The notes under the pieces are model-generated. The model was not told where the DNA came from and made no database searches. It saw nothing but the letters and a program-made list of their open reading frames with translations. Source: a virus (taxonomy: Duplodnaviria; Caudoviricetes). Taken from it: a stretch of DNA of 26,309 nt. The translations under genes and the position numbers were made by a program. The stretch spans positions 1-26,309 of the IMG/VR virus record IMGVR_UViG_3300017548_000192. One strand, 5' to 3'. Below are positions 1 to 6,584 of the stretch, piece after piece (position 1 is the first letter of the stretch; each line of letters begins with the position of its first letter).

Positions 1-180
1 ATGAACGGCGCGAAGTGCGTCGTGGTGCTGGGGCGACGCCGCGGAAATCTCATAGGCACTGTCACGGCCAGGATCGGCCGAGATGGGATGTGCAGCAGCG
101 CTCCCGAACCCGCCGCAGAGATAGACGGCGAGCAGTGCAACGATGGCGAATGGCCGTAGTGAGATAGGCCAAGGGAGCAT
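1..180 (-). CDS. Partial ORF (runs off the left edge), putative exported protein with Sec signal peptide; possibly a host or accessory gene
   Basis: Manual translation from ATG at 180: MLPWPISLRPFAIVALLAVYLCGGFGSAAA-HPISADPGRDSAYEISAASPQHHDALRAVH, open for 60 codons, with a hydrophobic h-region and AxA cleavage motif. Not in the ORF track. Confidence 0.5.
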   Translation of the reverse strand, partial: MLPWPISLRPFAIVALLAVYLCGGFGSAAAHPISADPGRDSAYEISAASPQHHDALRAVH

Positions 181-257
181 TATGTGCCTTCAGGCTGCTT
201 CAGCTACTCTCCTATAGGCCGCTACGTGTACATTTGCCAGCGCGCGCGACTTGGAGC

Positions 258-272
258 GAACAACCTAAGATC
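258..272 (+). promoter_or_regulatory. Candidate alphaproteobacterial LexA (SOS) box
   Basis: GAAC-AACCTAA-GATC matches GAAC-N7-GAAC with one mismatch and lies immediately upstream of the GGAGG RBS of the ORF at 283. Confidence 0.4.
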
Positions 273-282
273 GGAGGAAGCC

Positions 283-543
283 GTGGGCGAGAAATCCACC
301 ACACCAACCAAGCTGATCGTCGTGATGGCCTTCGTGGATGATGGAGAGGGTGGATTGCGCCCCGCCTTCGATCCGCGCGAGTTTCAGAGCGAGGAACGGG
401 CCGCGCGTGAGGCCCGGGTCATGGCAGGCACCGGCCAATACGCCGGCGTTATCGCGTGGTCACGAGAGGCTAATCCGAGCATCGGCGAATATGGGCCGCC
501 CGATATCCTGTTCAGCTGGGGCGATGTGCCGGAGATGGAGTAG
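283..543 (+). CDS. Conserved-looking hypothetical protein (86 aa)
   Basis: GGAGG RBS, then in-frame GTG at 283 within ORF 184..543. Sequence KLIVVMAF...LRPAFDPREFQSEERA...GVIAWSREANPSIGEYGPP resembles small alphaproteobacterial hypothetical proteins (from memory). Convergent with the lysis genes. Confidence 0.75.
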   Translation: MGEKSTTPTKLIVVMAFVDDGEGGLRPAFDPREFQSEERAAREARVMAGTGQYAGVIAWSREANPSIGEYGPPDILFSWGDVPEME

Positions 544-544
544 C

Positions 545-859
545 CTACTCCCTTCCGCTCCGCCGGATCATCTCCTCCCTTAGCTGCGCCACCTGGTCGC
601 CATGGCGCTTGAGGCTGTCGTCGATCTGGTCCGCCATGCGCGAGGCCGCGCCCTTGGCCGAATGCACCTCTTCCGTTAGCCCTTCGATCGCGGTCGCCAG
701 TTTGTTGATGGCGCTGTTGTCCACGATCGCGCCGGCGACCTCGGCTGTCTTGCTCGGCTTGCCGCGATAGTGCTGGATCAGCGCAACTACCACGGCGCTG
801 ACCATCGCCACCACGGCTACCTTCACCTCGGCCGGCTGCTCGGCAAACCATTCAAGCAT
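545..859 (-). CDS. Lysis-module membrane protein (N-terminal TM + coiled coil; holin/antiholin/i-spanin-like)
   Basis: Hydrophobic VKVAVVAMVSAVVVALI followed by a heptad-like helical region. Overlaps the stop of the upstream gene and is the last gene of the lysis cluster. Confidence 0.65.
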   Translation of the reverse strand: MLEWFAEQPAEVKVAVVAMVSAVVVALIQHYRGKPSKTAEVAGAIVDNSAINKLATAIEGLTEEVHSAKGAASRMADQIDDSLKRHGDQVAQLREEMIRRSGRE

Positions 860-1286
860 ACGTCCCCCGCTGCGCCTTCCTGTCCGCGGTCACCCGCATC
901 GCGTTGTAGATGTCGGCGAGCATGAGCGCCGAATAGGTGACCACGCCAAAGGCGATCGAGGTCGAGGTGGACCCTTCGGCGAAGCGGCCGACAAACAGCC
1001 CAAAGTACCCGGCGCCGAGAACCGCACCGACCAGCCGCGCAGGAATCGAAACCTTGGGATCGCGCCCGTTGATGAACAGCGCCGAGAGCCGCATCCCGCC
1101 GAGCGCCACCCCCATCGCCGCCCAGGCGGCGGGGCGCATCAGCTGGGAGAAACTCTCCAGCCCCACCCGGTCGAAGCTTGCCGGAAAGATCAGCATGGCG
1201 AGGCCCAGGGCGAAGATCAGCCCTGAGCACAGCCATTCGAGGGAGCGCGCCGGGAAGCGCTCCCGGATATGGAGGAAGATGGTCAT
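852..1286 (-). CDS. Four-TM membrane protein, putative holin-like
   Basis: 144 aa with four hydrophobic segments and a basic C-terminus, located downstream of the endolysin. Confidence 0.65.
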   Translation of the reverse strand: MTIFLHIRERFPARSLEWLCSGLIFALGLAMLIFPASFDRVGLESFSQLMRPAAWAAMGVALGGMRLSALFINGRDPKVSIPARLVGAVLGAGYFGLFVGRFAEGSTSTSIAFGVVTYSALMLADIYNAMRVTADRKAQRGTYA

Positions 1287-1289
1287 CGG

Positions 1290-1655
1290 TTAGCGCGTGC
1301 CGGTGCGGTTCTCGATCGGGCCGGTCGGGTATCGCCCTGTCTGCTCGTAGACGGCTTGGCGCGCTTGCTCCTCGGTGAGCCCGACTTTCTGGCCGTCAGC
1401 GACCACCTGGGGCTTGGTCGTGGCGCGCCAGCTCATGAACTGACTCCAGAGATAAACGGCGAGGCCGAAATAGGCGGCAACCGACAACGCCCCGCCCTGC
1501 CCGGAAAGGAGCGCGATCACCGTGGCCTGATGCTCGGGCGGCAACAGCAGCACCGCGCTGATAATCGTGGTTAGCCAGCCGCCGACCTCAAGCAGGCGCC
1601 GGCCGACCCAGCCGACAGCAGCGCTGCCGGCGAGCGAAGTGAAAAACGAGAGCAT
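1290..1655 (-). CDS. Putative holin (2-3 TM, 121 aa)
   Basis: AAGGAG RBS before ATG at 1655 (MLSFFTSLAG...), hydrophobic segments, directly after the endolysin. Confidence 0.65.
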   Translation of the reverse strand: MLSFFTSLAGSAAVGWVGRRLLEVGGWLTTIISAVLLLPPEHQATVIALLSGQGGALSVAAYFGLAVYLWSQFMSWRATTKPQVVADGQKVGLTEEQARQAVYEQTGRYPTGPIENRTGTR

Positions 1656-1665
1656 AGCGGCTCCT

Positions 1666-2328
1666 TCAGTGAAGCATAAAAAAGGCCGCTGCGATGGCGG
1701 CCAGGATGAGAGCGATGATGGCGGCGCCGGCGGGGCTGAAACCTGGCCGGTGCGCAGGCGGCGGAGCGTCTGGCGGCGCATAGTCCGGCGGCATAGGCCC
1801 GGCCTGCGTCACCATGGAGAGCGCCAGCGTGCGCACCTCGCCAACGCGCAGCGACCAGCCCCGGCCGAAGACCGGATAGGCGCTCAGTCCCTCCAGAAAC
1901 TTCATCCGGCGCTGGGAAAGGCGCTCAATCAAGTCGCGGATGTTCCACCGGCCGATCGCGCCGATTGTGACCGGTCCCACGAGGCCATCTGCCGAGACGC
2001 CGAGGATGTCTTGCAGGTGCTTGACCGCGCGGGATGGCCCGGAATTCACCGCATAGTCGAAGAGCGCATAATCGATGCCCGCAGGCAGATCGTCGCCTCG
2101 GATCATGTTCCAATACCGCGAGCGATAAATCTGGCCCGCCTCGGCCTTGGTCAGGTTCTTCACTTCCGACTTCGGCAGTGCCGAGACGGCCACTCCTCGC
2201 CACGACGCCAACGTGGCGCGGGTGATGCCCATATTGGTGGCCCCACCCGGGTCGGACGGGTGATCTACATAGCCACCCTCGTGTTTGAGCACGGCCGCAA
2301 GCGACCGCTCGAAATTCCCCACGGCCAT
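1666..2328 (-). CDS. Endolysin, glycoside hydrolase family 108 with PG-binding domain and C-terminal hydrophobic helix (220 aa)
   Basis: HEGGYVDHPSDPGGATNMGIT GH108 motif, DYAVNSGP, ADGLVGPVT and FGRGW motifs. CAGGAGG RBS before ATG at 2328. Confidence 0.92.
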   Translation of the reverse strand: MAVGNFERSLAAVLKHEGGYVDHPSDPGGATNMGITRATLASWRGVAVSALPKSEVKNLTKAEAGQIYRSRYWNMIRGDDLPAGIDYALFDYAVNSGPSRAVKHLQDILGVSADGLVGPVTIGAIGRWNIRDLIERLSQRRMKFLEGLSAYPVFGRGWSLRVGEVRTLALSMVTQAGPMPPDYAPPDAPPPAHRPGFSPAGAAIIALILAAIAAAFFMLH

Positions 2329-2351
2329 GACGGCCTCCTGTCTCTTGATAT

Positions 2352-2373
2352 GGAAAAGCCGCCCATAGGCGGC
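2352..2373 (-). terminator. Intrinsic terminator-like hairpin upstream of the endolysin
   Basis: Minus strand reads GCCGCC-TATG-GGCGGC-TTTTCC. Confidence 0.6.
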
Positions 2374-2432
2374 GAGGAACATTCAATCGGTAGAGCCGTT
2401 AGAGAGCGCAGCGGACTCCATCTCCGCCATGA

Positions 2433-2475
2433 GAACCGCTCGCTCTGCAATCCTCCATGGGCTGGCGAGCGGTTC
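2433..2475. repeat. 11-bp perfect inverted repeat with 21-nt spacer
   Basis: GAACCGCTCGC (2433-2443) and GCGAGCGGTTC (2465-2475). Confidence 0.75.
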
Positions 2476-2714
2476 GCTCTATTCTTCAAAGGCCGCGCGC
2501 CGCGCCTCGAAGGGCATCGCCCTGGGCAGGCCTAAGTTCGCGAATTCCCCGCTCTCTGCAACCAAAGGTGTCCGAGCGCGTTCAAGGCTCGCGGAGCCAA
2601 CCCGCACTCTGGTCTCCATCAACCTGCAGCAAGGCTGATGGCTCGACAGTCTCCAAGCCGCTCGTGCCGTACCCCCAACGACACGGGCGGCTGAGTAGAA
2701 ATCATCACCCAACC

Positions 2715-3140
2715 CTAACCGATGGACCTGCCAAACGCACCGAGACCGCAGAGCCTCACGCCGTTTGCTGTCTCACTGCACCAATCGTCCGAGAAGGGTC
2801 GCAGAGTGCCATCAAGTCCTGGACGCGCAAGCTCCACATCAATTGTGCGGTGAGTGCAACATGGCCCCAGCCCGTCAGCCCTCTCACCCATGGCGCGGTT
2901 TAGAAGTGCACGCCCCATCTCCGTGGCGACGAAATGACGGCGGGCTTCAAGCTCATCCTCAAACGCATCTTCCCTGATTTCTCGGACGAGACCGCACTGC
3001 TCCAGCGCCAGATAGTCGCCGATGGCGAACGACATCTCCGGCCCGCCCAGCGGAACCTTACAAGATGTCTGGGGCCAGGCACCATCGCCGGAACAGGCGT
3101 ACTCCAAGGCGATCTGCATGTCTTCTTCCATCATCATCAC
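2715..3140 (-). CDS. Hypothetical protein (moron-like), start uncertain; possible winged-helix segment
   Basis: ORF begins 2 nt after the preceding stop. LALEQCGLVRE...HFVATEMGRALL resembles the L-x3-GLV...T-x2-G wing pattern of wHTH domains. Cys-rich. Confidence 0.4.
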   Translation of the reverse strand: MMMMEEDMQIALEYACSGDGAWPQTSCKVPLGGPEMSFAIGDYLALEQCGLVREIREDAFEDELEARRHFVATEMGRALLNRAMGERADGLGPCCTHRTIDVELARPGLDGTLRPFSDDWCSETANGVRLCGLGAFGRSIG

Positions 3141-3142
3141 CC

Positions 3143-3451
3143 TCAGCCGAAAACACGCCTCGGATGGTCCGGGGCGACGACAAACGACACGATAGCGGCC
3201 TCTATTTCCGCGCGTGCGGGATGCAGTGCGCTCAGCCGCAGATTGGCGTGGAAGCCCGGCGCAAGGATCGGCGGAACGGCGAAGCTCTCACCATCTTCCG
3301 CCAACTGGCCCTCGTCGAGCACCAGCGCGGGGATCGGATCGAAAGCGTGGTTCGGTCCGGTTTCGATCCAATCCTCGCCCTCACGCAACATGGGCAGCGC
3401 TGCGATCAGCTCTGCTTCGGTCTCGGCCCGGAGAAAATAGTCGGTCCACAT
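3143..3451 (-). CDS. Tail-fibre-associated hypothetical protein (102 aa), possible fibre chaperone or accessory
   Basis: ATG at 3451 overlaps the fibre stop (TGATG). MWTDYFLRAETEAE...GFHANLRL...PDHPRRVFG is a pattern I recall in small genes following phage fibres. Confidence 0.7.
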   Translation of the reverse strand: MWTDYFLRAETEAELIAALPMLREGEDWIETGPNHAFDPIPALVLDEGQLAEDGESFAVPPILAPGFHANLRLSALHPARAEIEAAIVSFVVAPDHPRRVFG

Positions 3452-6400
3452 CACGCGACGACCTCCTCGATTGAATAGAACTCGTCGCCATTGAGGTTCA
3501 CGGCCCGCGCCGCCCAGTCCCCATCGGAAAGGATCATCTCCCAGTAGTGGGAGAGCGGGATTTGCGGGCCGGCGATATCGCCCTGGACGACAAAGGCATT
3601 GGGATCGTTCGGATCGCGCATCAGGTACGCCTCCCAATAGTGCTCGCTCTCATGGCCGGAGATCGAGGAGGTGCGATCGAGCGTCGTCTGGTTCTGGATC
3701 ATGGCCGTGCCGATCGGGCCGAGGCCGAGCTGCCGGAGCCCGCCTGGGTCGGGGTAGAACCGGCTGTCGTTGTCGCTGTCGGAGAGCTGATCGTCGTACG
3801 CCATCTTGAGCTTCTGCGTGATCATGAGCAGGTGCGAGTGACCGCCCAGCCAGGCCCGGATGCGGGATGCATGCTCCTGGGCAGCCATCCACAACGCGTT
3901 GCGTCCGGTGCGCGCGGCGGGGAAAATGTAGCTCGAATTGGACGTCTCGCCGCTCGACCCGCCACCGTAAGACGAAAATGGCGGCACGTGGCCCATAATG
4001 AAGTTGTGGCGATAGGCCGGCGCCTCTTCGATCCGGTCGAGCAACCACGGCACCTGGTCGCCGATCGGCTCGGTGTGGTCGGACTCGTAAGTCACCAGAC
4101 GAAGCTTGTTGCCGATCGCCATCGTCGCGGCCGAGTTGCAGAACCGGGTCGGGTGCAACTCGTCATAGGACCAGGTGAAGACATGGTGCACATAGCCCAG
4201 CGTCCCGGTGCCATCGCGGCCGGCACTTCCGTCATTGGCGGCGTTGTGCCCTTCGTGGTTGCCGACGATCGCAAGCCAGGGGTAGAGCGCGCCTTCACGG
4301 GTCCGCCAGCGCTGCGACAGCGTCTGCAGGAACGACAGCCAGCGGCCGGTTTCGGTGCCGTTCACCTGCCCGTCATCGTTGACGTAATCGCCGCCGAGCC
4401 AGAGGAGGTCGTAGTCATCGCGCGCCGTAGCGATATCCCCGAGCCGGCCGAGCGCCCCGGCCTCGGTATAGTCGTTGACCTGCCAATCCGAGGCGAGGAC
4501 GATGCGCAGCGGCCAGCGCGCCGGGGCAGTCTTGATCGTGTCCGAGAAGGTCGAGCCGACCACGCGCACCTCGTAGATCGTATCCGGCGCCAGGCCAATG
4601 GCCTCGGCCGTATGCAGCCACATGGCCGAGGACGGGAAGGCACGGGTCCGGAAAGAGGATAGCGGCGCCCAGGTCGCGCCGCCCAGAGGACGGATTTCCA
4701 GGACCCTCGCCGCCTGCTCGGAGTTCACCCAGGTGATGTAAAGCTCACGGCTCGGGTCCACGATCGGCTCGGCGAAGAGCGTATAGACGGTGTTCTGGAC
4801 ACCCCCGCCTCCGCCGCCGCCACTTCCGCCCATATAGGGGCTGGACATGACCTCGATGTCGCGGTTGGCGGGATTGTTGCCGAAATAGGCAAACTCCAGA
4901 ATGTGCATCGCCGGCATGGCGCCCGAAGACGTTCCGCCGAAGCCTACCTTGAGAACGGGCTGCACGGCAGGCAACACTTCCGCGCCTGGAGTGAACTGGC
5001 TCGAAAGCTTGCCATTGAGCGCCGCCGCAAACCGACCGGTCTTGGCCACGCCGGCGATCGTAAACTCTTCCCCTGCCTCGGGAACGAGAAGGAACGCCGA
5101 GTACTGATCTACGCTGTCCCGGAACACCCGGAGCCGTACGTTGCCGCCGGAGGAACGATTAAAGCCCACGTAATTCCCGCCGCCCCCTCCGACGCCATCG
5201 TCGAGATGCAGGAGCCTGCGGGTCGTGGTATCCGCCCCACCGATCCCGAGATCGCCACGAAACTGCAGCGTGTGTTCCTCTGCGTCGAAGGCCTCAACGG
5301 GAATAGGAACCTGCAGCACCTCGCCCGGCGCCGTCACCGCTGCGTTGCTGGTCAACACAGGGGAGGTGGCAGCTCCGCCCTGCTGCGCCTGCGGCCAACC
5401 TACACGAAGCACGAAGTCCACCGTCGTGGCGGCGCCGGAGTAGATGTTGATCGAGTGCTCCAACATGGCCGCGTTCGCTGCGGTCAGCTCGGCGGTATAG
5501 GCATAGCGCTGGGTGCCCAGCCGCTCGTCGGTGATTGGCAGGTCCGGGCCGAGCAGCGATTGGGTAGTCGAGCCACCAGAATTGCGCGGACGATGGAACA
5601 GCCGGACGTTGGACGCCCCACGCGCACCTCCGGTCAAGATTTTGAGGAACGCCGAGAGTGTCCAGAGCTGACCGGTTTCCGCCACGGTCTGGGTCGGGTT
5701 CTGCGCACGGATCGAGAGCGAAAAGCTCGTGGTGGTCGTGCCATGGATGCGGAAGTCGCAATAGTCGATACCGTCTTCGGTGCCCTTGCCGGCGACATCG
5801 ACGCTGAGTTCGCTGATATTGGTGCCGTAGAATTCCCAACCCGTGGGCATCGTCCCGGGCGAGCCAGCGACAGCCCCTGCGGCGGTATTGTTTCGGATGT
5901 GGTTCGTCGCGCTGGCGGCCTCGTAGAGGATGCCGCGATAGACGCCGGAAATCGGATCATAGTCGTGTCGCGCAACGCCCGGTTCGGCCTCGCGCCAGGC
6001 ACGGTTCGGCCCGACGCCGCGCCGAGTCGCCGAAGCCGTGAACAGGATGCCCGGCGCGAACGGAGCCTCGGGCACAGAGATGTGCTGCACGCCGGCGCGG
6101 ATCGGCCACCCGCGCCGCGCCATGAGGTCGAGATTGGCCGTGAGCCCGATAAGGCCGCGTTCAATGACCGTGCCGCTGGGGACGCGGGTCCATTCTTCGC
6201 CCGTCGAAATGATCCGATCGCCGACTTCCCAGGTGCTGATGCCGTCGATCGAGGTCGCGCCCGGCACGCTCACATAATAGAACCAGCCGGCATTCTCGGG
6301 CTCGGCCGCGGGGATGGCCGGCGTGTTGGTCGCCGCGTCCCACGTGCCCTTGTAGATCGCGCCCGCGCTGACGACGTGCTCTACGTCCTCGATGCGCTCG

Positions 6401-6522
6401 TCGATCTCATCGAAGACCGACCAGATGTCCTCTTTGCGGGGATCGTGCGCCCCGCTCGAAGGAATGCCTTCGGTCACGTACTTGCGCCATGCCGTGCGGC
6501 CCAGCTCAGCGATAAGTCCCAT
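3451..6522 (-). CDS. Tail fibre/spike (receptor-binding protein) with lectin-like domains and a C-terminal FN3 + calcineurin-like metallophosphoesterase
   Basis: Follows the tail tip gene. N-terminal WRKYVTEGIPSSGAHDP anchor, YKGTWDAATNTP module, RHDYDPISG..RGILYE..ATNHIRN fibre motif, beta-rich ConA/LamG-like region, Gly linker, then ASDWQ, GGDYVND, GNHE, MGH and GHSH metal-ligand motifs. Confidence 0.85.
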   Translation of the reverse strand: MGLIAELGRTAWRKYVTEGIPSSGAHDPRKEDIWSVFDEIDERIEDVEHVVSAGAIYKGTWDAATNTPAIPAAEPENAGWFYYVSVPGATSIDGISTWEVGDRIISTGEEWTRVPSGTVIERGLIGLTANLDLMARRGWPIRAGVQHISVPEAPFAPGILFTASATRRGVGPNRAWREAEPGVARHDYDPISGVYRGILYEAASATNHIRNNTAAGAVAGSPGTMPTGWEFYGTNISELSVDVAGKGTEDGIDYCDFRIHGTTTTSFSLSIRAQNPTQTVAETGQLWTLSAFLKILTGGARGASNVRLFHRPRNSGGSTTQSLLGPDLPITDERLGTQRYAYTAELTAANAAMLEHSINIYSGAATTVDFVLRVGWPQAQQGGAATSPVLTSNAAVTAPGEVLQVPIPVEAFDAEEHTLQFRGDLGIGGADTTTRRLLHLDDGVGGGGGNYVGFNRSSGGNVRLRVFRDSVDQYSAFLLVPEAGEEFTIAGVAKTGRFAAALNGKLSSQFTPGAEVLPAVQPVLKVGFGGTSSGAMPAMHILEFAYFGNNPANRDIEVMSSPYMGGSGGGGGGGVQNTVYTLFAEPIVDPSRELYITWVNSEQAARVLEIRPLGGATWAPLSSFRTRAFPSSAMWLHTAEAIGLAPDTIYEVRVVGSTFSDTIKTAPARWPLRIVLASDWQVNDYTEAGALGRLGDIATARDDYDLLWLGGDYVNDDGQVNGTETGRWLSFLQTLSQRWRTREGALYPWLAIVGNHEGHNAANDGSAGRDGTGTLGYVHHVFTWSYDELHPTRFCNSAATMAIGNKLRLVTYESDHTEPIGDQVPWLLDRIEEAPAYRHNFIMGHVPPFSSYGGGSSGETSNSSYIFPAARTGRNALWMAAQEHASRIRAWLGGHSHLLMITQKLKMAYDDQLSDSDNDSRFYPDPGGLRQLGLGPIGTAMIQNQTTLDRTSSISGHESEHYWEAYLMRDPNDPNAFVVQGDIAGPQIPLSHYWEMILSDGDWAARAVNLNGDEFYSIEEVVA

Positions 6523-6532
6523 TGCTCACTCC

Positions 6533-6562
6533 AAAGAGAAAGGCCCCGCGTGCGCGAGGCCT
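6533..6562 (-). terminator. Intrinsic terminator-like hairpin upstream of the fibre gene RBS
   Basis: Minus strand reads AGGCCTCGC-GCAC-GCGGGGCCT-TTCTCTTT, followed directly by a GGAG RBS. Confidence 0.55.
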
Positions 6563-6584
6563 CATGCGTCATCTGCTTGCGTTG

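Noticed and set aside
1-159. Plus-strand 52-aa ORF (MNGAKCVVVLGRRRG...)
   Set aside because: It has no recognisable features, and the opposite-strand frame gives a convincing signal peptide.
2265-2903. Short ORFs 2265..2489, 2429..2638, 2457..2903 and 2479..2712
   Set aside because: No clear RBS or protein-like composition, and they overlap one another, so none could be supported.
2374-6522. Diversity-generating retroelement or invertible fibre cassette
   Set aside because: No reverse transcriptase or invertase in the window, and no template/variable repeat pair was seen by eye.
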